From contig CM082578.2 of NCBI GenBank assembly GCA_040954595.2, forward strand, positions 17,491,912-17,555,911: a stretch of 64,000 nt of DNA, given 5' to 3'. Below, piece after piece: positions 11,939 through 27,432 of this stretch. The stretch comes from Balanoglossus misakiensis (lineage: Eukaryota > Animalia > Hemichordata). The notes beneath the pieces were generated by a model that did no database searches, was not told where the DNA came from, and saw only the letters and a program-made list of their open reading frames with translations. Position numbers and translations under genes: made by a program. How positions within the stretch are numbered: the first letter of the stretch is position 1; every line of letters begins with the position of its first letter.

Positions 11939-14900
11939 CTATGATATGATACATCCTTTGCCTTTCTTCTTTTTCTTTCCCTTCTTCAGTTGTCTACTTC
12001 CCTGCGTAGGCAGTGATGCCGTAGTGCCGTATATGCTGCTTCTGTCCACATACATGAGTTTGACACCCGGTCGGCGTGGAGCCTGACTGAAAAAGTCGTC
12101 GTCATCTGACGAGGAGGAGGAAGTTGTCGAGGCGCTTCTGTCTCTTCTGTCTCGGCCGTGTAAAAATTTCCCGTCTTCCAGAGCCACTGCTGATGTGCTT
12201 TTCCTTCCAGCAATGGGCTGACCTACAACCGTTGCATCGTAGTTCCCGTCTCGAAAGTAGATTTCAGGCCGCGAATTCCGGCCTCTCGGGAAAGTACCTG
12301 CCTGTCCGGAGTTGTCCGACTTGTTGCTCTTACGTGGGTATGGATTACGGATGGGATCGTAATCTGGTGGTCTTTCAGGGCGCTTGGATGATTTTTGCGA
12401 ATTGGACCGCGATCCGCCGATTGTATTTGTCTTCGTGGAGAAATCATTCGCCCTTGCAGCGTAGGAATGTCGTGTGCGAGTTGGATCAAATCGCTGTGCA
12501 AAGGGATCCACTTTATGGTCAAAATGTACATTTAAACTACGAGTTGACCCGTCACACTTTCTGTCCATTGGTGCTAAGCTACTTTTCCTTCTGTCTTGCC
12601 TCTCTCTATCCCTATCCCTGTCTCTGTCTCTATCCTTGTCTCTATCTCTCCGCAAATCCGGCAGTGAGTATCGTGACAGGGACTGATGGTGAGCCTGTCG
12701 GCTGGGAGTCCTTTCCGTCTCCATGGAAACCGGCGGCAAACTGTCAAGGTTAATGTCCCCAAAATTGATGGGGTTGCGACTTCTACTCTTCGAAGGCAGC
12801 TCTGAAACGTTGGATGCGTAGGTGGCCATGACAGTTTCTGATTTGGTGGTCTCAGACGACGTCTGGTGGTGCTCGCCGCGACTACACGCACCAGAGCAGT
12901 ATATGAGACCGTGTTTGGGTAAGAAAGGTTTCCCGAGAAGTGACTTTCCACATGTGCCACAGGAGAAGCACTTGTCGGTCGCGTGCCAGTGTTGACCTTC
13001 ATGGGTCATCTGGCCCTGGTCCACTCCAATTGGTTCGCCACAACCGTCGCAGTACTGGGCGAACATGCTCTCAAAACAGCGGCAACAATATGGCCGTCCT
13101 TCCCTCATGATGTAACGCTTACCACCTAACTGTTCATCACACTCAAAGCAGCAAAAGTGCTTCATGTGCCAGCTTCTTCCCTCGGCTTCTGTACACTCGT
13201 CGGCAAAAATGATCTGAACATCATACAGAAGAATACACAGTTTTATCAAAGGAGATTCTATGAGATTCTGACATATCAAATGATCAAAAAAGACTAAAAT
13301 AATTTCATCTTACATGTAGGTAATGCTATCTCTTACTCAAATTTTGAAAAGCAAACCTACTGTATTGAATTTATATCATGTAGGTTAAGTGTACACATTG
13401 CGTGAGAGAGATTCTTGGCTAAATCTGTTGATACTGGTAATCTTATCCATGCTTTCTATACATGAGATAGGCTGCGGCTTTTCTGACATGCATACTATTG
13501 ATTACAATAAAAAGACCCCAGATACTGGGAGTTACTTCTGTTCTAGAGATGCAAATTCATTGACCGTACTAACCTCATCACAGGCAGCGCATCTTGGTTT
13601 CAACGTCTCACTGTGATGTCGACCGCAATACACCTTGCCATCTTTCCAGAAATAGATGAGATCGACCAGCAACTCATTGCAGATGCAGCACACGAAACAG
13701 GCCGGATGCCAACACACATTGTGACCAGCTCGGGATGCAAACACAGCAACACTGCCACCGTCAAGGTTAGAGCCACACTGAAACATGAAGAAATACAAAT
13801 TCAGAATGGCGATGGCAAGTCAAAGACACACAGACAAGTAAAATCACTAGAGAATTTTCTTTTATAGTCTAGACCATTAAATTTTACATCGACTCTTGTC
13901 ACTCTCATTAGTTTTTCAAATTTGACTGATTTAGAAACCACATGCTTGTACCATCAATTCCATCCTAGATGCATACAAATGATAACAAATTCTACAAAGT
14001 GTTGAAAACCAACCACTTACATGATAACATATTGTTCCTGTCACAGTTATAGGTATGGTGCGTACCGTACCACGCCCCAATGCCTCTCGCTTCCTCTGCT
14101 GACTGAACTGTCTCAGTTCTCTCTTCTCTTCATCACTCAATCCGTTGCAGTAACGGACTTCGTTGTCGTGAGGGGGCAGCTGCTGCAGAAGGGACTTGAT
14201 TCGATATTTCTCACCTTCACTGTTGACGTAAGGGATCTTCTCTTCAGGCAAAGCGGTGAAGTACTGATGGACCTGATGGACAAATCACATCAAACACACA
14301 ATGTAGGTGAACAAATGAAATAAGCATTTTATCCATAAGAAGTTCGCTGACCTAGCAATCACAAAGGTGCACATGCCAACTTGATTGATATTCTGGCAGA
14401 CAAGACTGGAGCCACAACTACTCTTGCAATAATTAAACCTTCAATGTAACATTAATGATATATCACTTACAAATTCCCCATCACCACAGTTCTTAGCAGA
14501 CTGAAGGCTGTGTAAATGTATTTCTACACCATTACACTGCTTTGCAGCTGATGTAAATATTTGGTATTGGTTAATTACGCTTTTATTTCTCCTGTTAATT
14601 TGACCATGGAGGTACGGTAGATAAGAGGTACTATATTTGTCTGGATATTTTTATGAAGTTCATATATACAAAGCAAATGGACAGATTGTGTCAACTTCCT
14701 GATTTTGGAGACTTAAAATGCCAAAGGATTAGGATTTCAAACAAGATGGGATCTTCTCCGTCACAGGGCAACACTGAGTCAAATAATTTTTGGCACTTGG
14801 TTTGCAGCTGTCTACACTAGTTAGAAACATGTAATATGCATCTTTGAAGGACAAATTCTTGCCAGAATGAAGTAGTTAATTTTAAAAGGGTGCAAAATTG

Positions 14901-17900
14901 TAGACATAAAAATTTACAGCTACAATATTCAATAGCCTTTTTGTAACTGGTAGCAATTCTGACGAATTTTATGCATCGAGACGATATTGTTTAGAGTACG
15001 CAACATAAAACACTGAAGCAACAACACTTTGATCAGAAGAGCTTCATTGATTTTGCCTTGATTCATGTTTTTCTGTTGTAAATATTTTTCCCCTGATTTG
15101 CATTCTTGTAAAGCCTTCGTGTGGACATAGTGGTAGACAGTACAAACAAACTGTAATGCAACCACTTAAAGAAGCATTAACCACATTTCGACCAGTATAC
15201 TGTGTCATGAATTATGAATCCAATATGTCTACCTTTCATAGTGGATTGCAAACTTTTGACCTCTGTATAACACTTTGACCCAGGAGGTCAAGGCCTGTAC
15301 CAATTTCACTCTACCATAAATTTTTCTGTTCAGGACATATGTACAAATCCCAAGGCTTTGGTACGTGACACACCTTGTGGGTGCTGTAATGCATGATATT
15401 CTATACTGTAGCGATACTTATTGAAGTGGGCCTACTGTGTAATTTCTGGTTAAACTCCATTCTGTCAAGATTCCCATGAACCCGGTTTAGACATTTCAAA
15501 CTTACATGTACATGTATATGCACCATGTGAAGGCCATACTTGATATAATAACGAGGTAATTAGAAACAAGGCAATAAATCATTTTTTCAATATGCAATCA
15601 TAAGTCCCTTGTCAATGACACAGGTACAGTACTCGGGTCTTTGATCTGCACGTGTCAGCCTCGGACAGACACACACATGCATATGTGCATGTACACACGC
15701 ACACACACAGAATACTTTACTGCCACATGTACACAAGGTGTACTTCACCCAACACACAGCAAACAACTGTCACATTTGAAATTTCACTTTCTGTCATGCT
15801 CCAGTATGTCACATAAGAACGCACAATAAATTCTCTCTTACCTGTTCTGGTTTGAGACCAGGTGGTACCCAGGTGTATTCCTCAAGGGCACATCCACTGT
15901 CATCGTCCGATACAGAATTTCTCTGGTATTCTCCATACATCATCTTGTTGACCGATTTCTCTTGTTTCGTTCCTAAGATACCATGGTCTTCTCGTGGACA
16001 CTTGCAGTGCCGGCAAATTTTCCTGCAAAGATATCAACACACAAGACTATAAGCAATTGGCAGCTATATTGAAGCGTGTGTTCTGTGGCCGTAACAACCC
16101 CAAAATCACACACCGAGGGTCTTCGCTTCCGCGTCGATTTCTATCAGTTTCCAAACCATACTTCTCATCATATGAAACAATGTGCCCCTCCCTCTGCAAT
16201 AAGAATTCTGGGAAAATTTAAAACCCTCCCCGGAGAAATCTTCCTGTATTTTATCAGCACTCCCCTTGGAACACGTCAGCGTGTAAAATATTTCCCAGAA
16301 TTATTCTGGGATTTGCCGGGGCCTGATTGCGTCTGCTTGACTGATTCGCTTATCCATCATGTAACGTCAATTATTCAAAGCACCCATCTGATTTACAGCT
16401 TTGAGTGCGAGCAATGTTTTCTGAGACTCTTCATGTTTGCACACACTCACGATCTTCATTAGTCATAGATTTTTTTACCAATCCTACGCAAACATGGTGC
16501 GGTTCCGTCGTCCCTTGACAAATATTGGCTGCACAGAACCATTTAGGAATAGCATAGCATCTGTACAGAGGGCTAGTTTCCAGCCGCAATACAATAAGCT
16601 TTCAGATACTGAAATGAAGTGAGCTGTGTACTCAGATGTAGACTGCTGGGCTTGTTAACTGCTAGTTTCTTGCTATCACTCAATCCATTGTCTGCCAACT
16701 AGCCATGCATCACTCGGGGTACATTTCACCAATCCCACGTTATACTACATGCACCTTCATAATATTAAAGTCTGTAATGTGTTTCCAGTGATTAATGTCA
16801 GGCCTTTGATTTCAAAATGTGAAATGCTTGCTAATCTCACTGGCAATGAGATCAGTAGGCAATCCAGTCACCTAATTCGAATTTTGACAGTTTTTACCCG
16901 AAACGCAGGGCCATTTATATTAAACCCCTAATGATACACGCATGGGCATATGCTCTCAGATAATACACTGAGAATGATGGACACAAACTCAAAAATGTTG
17001 CTGTGATCATTCAATAATGAACCATGGCAAGCTACATTGTATGTATCCATTTCATTGAAATCTGATTTGTAATCTGAAAAGACATAAAAAATGAAATGTA
17101 ACTGACATCTTTACACAAGGAAACAACAGATGGTTGAAACCTTTGCTTCTCACAGCAATATCATGCGTCTTTGAAATCAATAACAAGATACATGGGTTGT
17201 ATCCACCAGACATTCACATAAATAACTCAGCCATGGCCTGTGAAACACTGCTACTGTATATCACCTATGGCAGGGTCAAGGGTCATGATATTATCCAAAG
17301 TATCAAGGGAGGGGCTTAAAACTAACTCGTTTTTTTTCAACAACAACACACTATCCCCAATGTCCTTACCCACTAATGGTGAGTAGATTTAATCTTCACG
17401 GACAAACATCAACCATACGGTTTATGAAATCATTATTTGTATACATCTTCACTTTCCTTTTCAAATTTCAAGATGGCCCAAATATAGAGAATAGCATACA
17501 TGTACATAGAGTTTGAGGAAAATCTGACAAAAGTTTGTTTAAATCCTCAACTAGACCCAAATCACCTTTGTGTGTCTGTATAAAGATCATTCATTGACAC
17601 AAGCCAGGTGATGAATGGGGCAAATGGGTGACCTTGTATTGATTGAACCAAACACAACTGGTTCAAGGGGAATCGTTCGACCTTGCTGCTGGGTTTTTAA
17701 AAGTCGGGAAATTCTTGCATCAATCATTGACAGATTAGGCGCAGAGTGCCGCCACCACTCTTGGGGGAATCAAACACCAAGGGGAGAGGATGCCTTGCAT
17801 CTCAGACTGAAAACACAACAATACACCAAGTTCTCTCTGAACCCAGGGGCGTCGCCATTAATGGCCATGCAGTCGACACCAATGCTGCTGTTCCAGTCAA

Positions 17901-20900
17901 AATACCAGCGTGAATACAAGTGACATTTTTCGCATTCTCAGAGGGACACTCATCAGGACAGAGTGACTTTTTACAACACACCTCTACAATTTCAATTTCC
18001 TCCTCCATGCTCTCAATGGGTGGGCTCATCCAACACAAAACCTCAAACTGCATCAGACAAAGCACACACACAAAGGTTCATTGGATCAACTGGGCTTAAC
18101 CCCTTCACCCCTATTTCCAAAAGTACGTGGGTCCAACAAGTCACTGGGAACAACAGGATCGAAGGGATTAGACCAAAGGCCTGTGGTGAAAGGGTTATAA
18201 TTAATACATATTGCAAAAAAATACAAATGCCTGTCAGATTATCCTTCACGACTGTGTTCCAAAACACAATAATCTACAGACAAAAATTGATCCATTACAG
18301 TGTTCCTGACTGCATGGGGTATGGCAGAAACAAAAACACTGCAAAAGAGTGTTTGATTATTTTTCTAAAACCTCTAATAGCTGATCATCCGGCATTCACT
18401 AATGCTGACGCACATGTAAATGCTGGTTTAACTCATTGTGTGACTGAATGGTGGTTGCCAAGACGACAAACCACCAGGTGAGTTGGTCTAAATTGAGGAC
18501 AAACAACTTGGTGGAAGATACAAATTCTGTCTTTGGTATTGATCACAAATTGTGGCGAAAATGCGGCACTTAGGCGACTTGAAATGACATGATAGCCACA
18601 GCTGGAAAGACTCTGACTGCTCCTTTAGTGAAGAAGTGGTCGGAATGGCCATTTTACATGGCAGACAAGATACCAGGCTTAAATTTAAAGGACATTAGAT
18701 GAATACTTTGAAACTGTTTCATAATTCTATTTGTTGGTGTAATTCTGAAAGGATTTGTAAATCGAGTGTTTGACTTCTACACATAGCCCATGGGAAATAA
18801 CATATATGTACCGTTGTTTACAAATGAATTTAGGCCCTGACATGAATTTGTTTTGGTACAACAACAATAGACTTATCCTGGCGTACAAAGACGTACGCAG
18901 ACCACCACAAGGTTGAAGGAAGTCATATGACACCAGGACAAACAAAAAAGTTTATTCATAAAAAACACCAACAGGACTTGATGTATTTTCTATGCTTGTT
19001 TACGCACATAGTTCGGTTTGCACCAATGTCCATTTGAACTCCAGACCACGCCTTGGTTGTACACTACCCTCGTCATCTCGGCAGAAAAAACATTCATGGT
19101 TTTTAAGAAGAACATTGAGCTTCATGCACTGAACAAAAAATAGTGAAGCAAATATGGAATGTTAAAACAGCTCATGTCCCTCATACAGTTTTTTGCATGT
19201 AAAATTTTATGACCAATGACGATATCCGGTAATAAAGTTGAACTTGAGATCACCTTGTATGTGTAATGTCCTACTGAACCCGCAGAACATGATTACAACA
19301 AGGCAAGAATCACTGCAACATGGCCCTGTGACAGATTTTCTGAGAACGAAGTATTATTCTCAGCTTGCATTTGCTTGGGTTAAATTATGAAAGTTTTTAA
19401 AAGGCTCTCTGCTCTCACAAGCATGTAGCCAGTTACAACAGATGGTAAAACTAACCACCCATAATGATTTAAGTACAGTACTTGTATTGCTAATAACATT
19501 TGCAGGACATGCTAGTAAAGTGTCCAATTACTCAAAAATTTAAGTGTATCAGTCAGGGAGACACGGGTATCCCATGGTAGGAGAGGTCTGCAATGACTTC
19601 ATCAATGTGCCTGCTTACAGAAGATTTATGGCTAAATGAGAAAGCGGCACTGGGTTGTCAAAGCAAGACTTCTTTCATCACAGTGCGAGCTCAAACTAGA
19701 TCTCAAGAGTTTTCACCACCATACTGATTGGTGAAACCTCTGACCTGATGGGAATCTTCCATCTCGGGGAATGAGAGACAAAAAAAGGGCCACCAGTGAG
19801 ATGCCATCAATCTTCGCAATAACATGCACCGGTTGGCAATTGTTTCTCTGAAATTAATCACTTGATGAAGTCGATTAGAGCAGAGATCACGCCCTGCCGA
19901 TATTATCGACTCATCTCTGTTTATTTTAAGATGTCAAAGTCGGAGGTATTGCTGATGAAACCATACAAGATAGTCATCATTCATTTTTTGAAGTGTCTCA
20001 CATTTGACTGGGTGATTGAAACTTCATTCTTCTGACAGACTCTCACAAAACCAAATCTACCTGTATCACAAGTACCGTATTTGTTGGCCTTTTATTTTAA
20101 AATCACATGATGCCCTGATCAGGCTGGTCAGCTCTGCAGCATTGTCTGTACATGTACAACCAACTTGTTCTCTATGTAGTGCCAACACATATGCTGAGAG
20201 AGGTCACGACCTCTTGTACAGTTAGACAGTGGACATGCCACTGCACAAACTGGATTGGTGCTTGTTAGTTGTATCCGAAAGTGTTATCTCATGTTACATG
20301 AACACTCATAGGGTGGTTCATTGCAGATTTGCCATCATCACCTTTATTGTGATGCGTGACAATGGCCATGGAGAAGAAAACAGCAAATTAGGTTGAAAAA
20401 TTGGCCTTGTCAATAGTGTTTACACAAAAACAAAAAACACAAAAGAACTAAAAACATGGGTGATTTCTCAGTAGAATTCATTAGATCTTGGGTTTTTTTC
20501 CAGTCCAGTCTATTGGAAAATTAATCCCTAGAGTTATTTTGCTAGCCATTTTGAACTTAAAAGCTTTGTAGAAGTTTACACTGGCCGACACCAGTCCAGT
20601 CTACATGTTGATACAGTTCGCGCATAGTTGTACTGAAACTACACAATACAAGCCACAATTTGGTATTCATGAATTCTATACTCTCGGGGCCTTGGTACAG
20701 CGCTGGGCTTTGTGTGCACGGCGACCACTCTATGTACAGCCACTCTGCAATGAATTACTGTCAATTCAAAGCGGCCTTCTTGACACAAAATGCGGGAGGG
20801 TAACATTTATCAAAGAGTCAAATACCATTCAAATCAGATTTCATCTCGGATTATTGTTTGATCCAATCTAAAAATAACTGTCTAAAGAAGGAAGAAAGAG

Positions 20901-23900
20901 CGTGCAGATTTGTCAAAGCAAGTACTAGATTGACGCCTAGTCAGCTCTGCAAATGCTAACTTAATCAAAATCTGTAAAATTCCTAATTTACAGAGTTATG
21001 TTGACACTTCTAAAAGTCAACGGAATCGAGCAATTAGCGTCAATTCCTTTTCCCATTTTTCATTTTCAGGAAATGATCAGACTCTGTGGCACTATACAGT
21101 GACAGGTGATCTAATTTTATAGACTTGCTGAAAATTAAATAAACAGTGCACATGGCGACAGATATCTCTCTCTCTCTCTCTCTTGTATAAATGAATAAAG
21201 AGATAATATTAATAAAGTTGGCATTTACATTGGATGAAGTCAGAGGCGGAGCTTGCACAGGCACTGCAAAGGCCAATGCTTTAATGGGACTCTGGGTTTT
21301 TAATTTAGAACACGGTAGAAATAGTGTACATATCTCAGCTGATGAAATGGACGCATGGATCGCTTGTACACATTTTTATTGGATCTGTTTACGCTACTTC
21401 AATGTGGCCGTCTGATATTAATGCACCACTTGAGTTGCTCTGATTAAAAACTCTCAGAGTACTGGTGGTCAATCAAGCATGTCACGGCAGATTTATTGTA
21501 ACAATCCTCTTATCTCAATTATTCCGATGGCAGTCGAATTAATTGATATGGTGCACAAGTACTGCACAGGAATTTACTCCACAGCATGTCCGACGAGAAG
21601 AAGCTGCTTCCAATTTTAACCAGATAACAACATATGATACCAATTGTTCGAATGTCAAACACCGAATTTGAAATAGGAATCAGTCAGCAACAATCAGAGT
21701 TGTTGAATTCTGTAAACTGACATCAACGTTTCAACAGCCAATGCCAAATCTTGGTGTATGCATTTGTAAACATTCAGAGACAGCCAGTCATGTTGACAAT
21801 GTAGTACATTGTCAGTGTACACCACATACTTAGATGTGTGACTCCTTACAGAAAGAATTTAGCCAAAAGCAACTGCATTCACAGGGCAATCAATAGTTTC
21901 AGCACCACGAGATATTCCAACTGTACACACCATCCCCATGAAACAATTATCTCCCAACTTCATGAAGTTCCACAAATCAACTCCCAGTATTCTGTGGCCT
22001 CCACTGGTCATAATGACACATATTGAAAGTTTTCGGCCAATTTATTTCACCAGTCACCCGAAATTCCGTCCCCCGTTGTTCTCAAAATAGCGCTGTTTGA
22101 CCGGAAAAATTGGAGGGCAACCAAAATGCAAAGTAGTGAAGAATACGTGTCGAAGCCCAGGATCCGCACCAGTCATTTATCAATGGAGGCTTGGATGAGC
22201 ACATTGTTGCTTTTGCTACCAATCAAGTCAGTTGTGTATCGGTGGAACACAAATTGAATTCTTGTGTCTGTGTTAATACTGCCTACCACTGGAAATATAC
22301 AGACCTGATGTTTAACTGGAATTAGATGTGCTTGCAAGAAGAAGTTGGCAATCTACAGTTAACAGACAGGAAAAGTAAAATTATTTCTTTTTATTTAAAT
22401 TGTTCACTGGAACTCTGATGTGGTGTCCTTCAGTAAATTCATGGGTATACTATGGGTCAGCATCAACAGTGAGAGAGTTGGACTGTCCAACACAGGCTAA
22501 CAACACAAACACAAAAACACCACTCCATGGAAGTGAATAAGGTCTTTTCTTTAAAATCTAACCCTACATGCCAATATTGGGGATTTGATGTAAAGCACTC
22601 GGGGTGTAATGTATGGGGTGGTATCACTATACTGCCAATTTACCTGAGACAAACACTTGACCCACTGCTAATCCTTACAAATGGAATTCAACCTGTCCCC
22701 CTATAAAGAGATCACTGGGATCAAATGCACAGGTAAGCTGGTATGGAAACAGCCGGAGAAAGTGAAGGGTTTACATTCCCTGACTTATCCTTAGGAAGAA
22801 TTTCTTCCATTTAAACTGGACAAAGAAGTGGTCCAACTTCTTAATCATGTCTCCAATCTGCTGTACCAAAAGACAGAGTGATATTTCCACAGGACAAAAC
22901 TATCCAAACTCCCTCACATTACTTAAAATTCAATTTACCACACACTGCGCCAGACATGAAACTTCAAGAGTGGAGGAGGAGTTGTTCAATCGCAAATGGA
23001 CCACATTTGTACTGACACTTGAACAATGCAATCCAATGCTAATAACATTAACCAGCCCCACAGTCTGGCTTATTCTATTTTTGCAGTGGAGATAATTAGT
23101 AGCTCATTAAAAATCTGAAAGCTTTTACTAATTAAATAATGGCATAGCAGGTATGACTAATGAATTATGATAAATTGGTCAATAATTACTGTTCCTTTTA
23201 CAGAAAACGCTAATGACAACAGCAAATGGGTAAAAAAGAAATGAATGCACATGACATTTGCACAGCTATTTTGCTTAGAACCTGGCAACCAGCAAGAGTA
23301 CCTGTAACTGTAAGCCGTCTATTAGTTCTAAATAAAGTTAATATGTTCACTTGGTTGGACTTTGGTGACCATTTATATTTCTGTAAAATCTGTCAGAAAA
23401 AGGATACACCATATGCTGTCCAATTCTGACAAATTAGCTGTCATACTGGAGTGTTTAATTAATGTTTATTGCAAATATTACACTCTTGTACTTGACATAA
23501 ATTTCCCACAAATTTTGCTCTCTCACCAAACATAAATAACCTGTTTCTTTCTGAGAATTTTTTTTAAATATAAAAGTTCAATTGCGTTTGTGTTATCAAA
23601 AGTTTTAATTCATTCATACAAAATAGCCACAGACCCACTCAACCAGTGTGACCAAAAGAGTGAGCGAAAAAAAATTCCTGGCCGAAATCAGTCATAAAAT
23701 AAGTGAAGCGCATCTTTCTGTAGCAGCACACTCGTGTTTTTTCCCACAAGGTCAAAGTTGAACCTGTTGATGTCCTAATGATTGTCTCCAAAAGCAAGTC
23801 AGATCTTATAAATTGTCTGGTTTGGCAAAGCCAGGAATCATAATGCACTGTGCATGGGTGCATGGATGGAGAGATTGCTTGGGGGCATCTCTTCACACTC

Positions 23901-26046
23901 CTGATCCTTCTAACATGGTAACAACCTAATTGGATTGATGCTTGGCATTTGCCTCTGAAACAATGTAACTCCAGGTAGGTACAAATGTATAAGAGCTAAC
24001 TGTCTCTAGCCAGAAGCAGGTTATTCCTCCTGCTTAATCCCTGTTAATGTCTTTGAGTTAATGAATTGCTGTATTCACTACTTTTGGTCAAAGTTTCTTC
24101 ACCACATAGGCACTATTTAAATGCAGCTGCCACAAAATGCACTCATCTACTGTGACAGAAACATGACAGGGATGAATTGTTCTGTTATGTTTGTACACAG
24201 GTACACCTCAGAAATCAACATTGTGTGCTTGGTGTAACTTGCATGCTGAACTGTATTAGCTACCAAGTCTACAGTTGATGTCATGACATCATACTTTGCT
24301 TACTGTAGATTCATGAGAACAAGATAAGCTGACAGCGCACGTCTCTACTTGGCGACAGACTAGTTCAATTATTGCCAGACAAATAGTTTTGATGTGCTGG
24401 TGTCTGAAGCACATGACCAGCTTGGAGTCAAACTTGTTGGCGACCCATTCAATATACGATGTTCTCATTTCTCTTCAGTTTGTTTAGACTTGGTCGTAGT
24501 CATAGTAATCAGGAATGCACACATACATGTACATGGATACCTGTTATCGGAAGATAAATATTGGCGACAAGGGTATGCCAAACAGTTCCACTACTGTAGA
24601 CCAAATTATATGGACAGCAAACTCCAACCTGCATAAAACTCTAGTCTACCCTGCTTTCCTGGGGCATGTATGTTTGTTTATTTATTAAATGGCATATTTT
24701 TTGTTTAGATACAATGAGGAATTCATAAAATCGCCCTATTGACACCTTCCTGCATTCCTGGAATGTCACACACTCTATAAAATGACAGTAGCAGTAGAGT
24801 ATAGCAGAGCGAAAGATTAGAAAATAGATTCTGAATGATAACATATCGGTGGGATAAACTTTGGTCAATGAATGATGCACCCCGATGCAAGCAATTGCAT
24901 TTTAAATGCCAACCTTTATAAATGCAACACCAAACCTCATGGTTGTTGATTATTTAGATTTTATAATGTTTTTACATAGTTTGGGGCATTTGACCTAACA
25001 ACTGTTAGTGTTACTTCTCAAGTGGATTGTCAAATCTGTCTCTGGCTTTAGACCCAGCTCGATGTGACGATCCCAAGAGTTTAATTTAACTGGTACAAGT
25101 AGTGCATATTTTTTTGTTTTACACCTAGCACCTGTTGTAGTCCTTGGACACCTTCGAGACAGTGCTGACGCACGTTTGTTCAACATACCGAGTATGCTGA
25201 CAGCCTACACCATCATAGGAAACTGCCGACTCTCAGCAAGTATAATGTTACTGATTATGGCCAAATATACCAGTGTTCCGCCTACGGGGAGTAACATATA
25301 ACACCTGATTCGGTTATTGTTTAGCCTGGGCTGAGACAACTCTAACAATTTATAGATTGATCATGCCATGGGCTGGAGAATTCTGAGGCTTTGTATTGTA
25401 TTGTAGAAAACTGACAGATATCCCCCTTTCTCTTTTCTTTTGATTATAGAGCTGTTGGGGAATAAATTCACCCTACTTACCTCCAGTAGTGCAAGGAAAA
25501 TCCCGGACACTGATCGCCACATTTTAGACACGGCGTTCCTTTGTCCATGTCATGGGTTAGGAAACTCTGAAATGAAAGCATTGAGAATCGTCAGTTAGCA
25601 AATACAATGCTTTTGTGATGTGTGAACGCATCAGATGGCTGGACCGGACGGACGCCAGTTGTAAACGGCGCCGAAGCACAAGGAATATCGGCACAGAAGG
25701 CGAAACAAGCGAACACACGGCAAACAACGGAGACTGGACGGATCTGCTCGCCGTTCAAGTATCACATACCGATAATATAAGACCGAATGTATGAACTATG
25801 GATACAACGCCGCCCGTCCGCGTACGTACGCTTGCTTGCTATTTAGATACAGCTGTGCAGTTCGGGTTGTACGTGGAGTACATGGCTTACCGGAACACGT
25901 CGTTGTTTTTTCCTCGCCGCGGGAGGCTCTTGCGCCGACATGAATGACGCTGTTGTGATTCACTGGGGCCCAGGACAGGAGAAGTTTACTCGGCGTGAAC
26001 AAAAAACGTCGTCATACACACGGGTAAATTATACCAAGTCCGCCAT
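11939..26046 (-). CDS. prickle: Prickle planar-cell-polarity protein (CR + PET + 3 LIM + polybasic CAAX)
   Basis: Phase-consistent exons: 26035-26046 (or alternative 27433-27498), 25481-25566, 15842-16022, 14021-14272, 13574-13777, 11939-13213. Diagnostic [26 protein letters not shown] ([30 protein letters not shown]), three LIM domains, C-terminal [12 protein letters not shown]. First-exon choice is less certain than the rest. Confidence 0.93.
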
Positions 26047-27432
26047 GTTGAAAACATCGCAAATAGAGAGAGCCATCACACAACTAATGTGACCCTATTT
26101 ACTCGACCGTATTGCCAACTCGTTTACCAGTCCACGGGGAACAAAGTAGTTCAGAGATATACACGAAGATAGGCTTGAAACGCGCGTTAACGTCAGGTTT
26201 CGGCGGCTAAATTGGCTTCTCGGATGTGCGGACACGCAAACAGGACGACAACGTGACTGTTACCAATTAACGAGGGGCAAGAATGGCACCCCGTCAGGGG
26301 AACTACGTTCAAAAGTATACCGCCTTCTTGGTTGTGAACAGGCGCCATTGACTCCACCTCTTCGTATGTAAATTACCACCATACCCTTTTTACTCATCTA
26401 CCAAAAGTGAATCGTTTTAAACAAACTGTGTATCTTATGCATTTTTTGATCGTAAACACATGCCAGACAGATGGTAATAATAAAGTTTGTGCGTTTTTCT
26501 CGAGTATCTATGGTTTAAGTAATATTTCCCAGTGAATTTCAATCTATAAGACTGTCACTTCCTGCTAATACACTGCCAAGTGTCATCTTCAACATTTCTT
26601 CCTGAAGAATGTCTTATTGTCTATTCACAGTTCTTTACTTTGATGATGACCGCATCTTGAACAATATGGGTGATTAGACCTTTTGCTGTGGTGATCTTTT
26701 AATTACAGTTGAGATTAGTAAAACAAATTGTACAATCCAGTACAGATGTCACAGAATTATGGGACATGATAAATTGATGAAACACTTGTTATCCAATGGT
26801 TGCCTTCTGTTCTTTCCAATGCAAAGACAATAATTTGATATAAGACAATGAAATTGACTGAAATAATACACATACAGTATTTTCATAAGCTTATAAATGT
26901 TTACACCTGTCTCATGCTAACAGATCAATGGCAGTGTTGGCTCAGTAATCTACTGCTTCCCATTTACTGATTTTAGGCACCATATACTACCTATTAGTTT
27001 CTCACTATCTTGATAAATTTGCATGGATAATTGCTAATGAGCACGAACATGGTTTACGAACCATAACCCGCTACAAAAGGCAATATACGCGAAAAGACAT
27101 GCGCCCCCTACATCCATTTTAATTACACCATTTGTCGTCAGATCTGCGCCTGTTGTTCTGAAACCATATTTTGCTTGTCAAAATCGATCGAAGGCAAATT
27201 TATGGCGTTACTTATAAACATTAGGTGTCGACTTATATTGCAGTTTGAGTGTGTAACACGAAACAGTTACATGAATCATGCATGAATTGGAGAAATTAAA
27301 TGTGTGGAAAACGTCGTTTTCAAGTCAAAACGCGGTTGACGGCACGATGTACGCAAAAACACACCGACTGTATCAAAAGGGGACGCGAGTAGACCCTGTT
27401 GGTCTTTTTCAGAAAGTCACCATGGTTCTTAC

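Noticed and set aside
12124-13002. Overlapping 209-aa and 142-aa ORFs
   Set aside because: Alternate-frame or antisense shadows of the prickle last exon.
17615-18481. ORFs of 89-172 aa in the large prickle intron
   Set aside because: No family similarity and no convincing phase-compatible splice sites.
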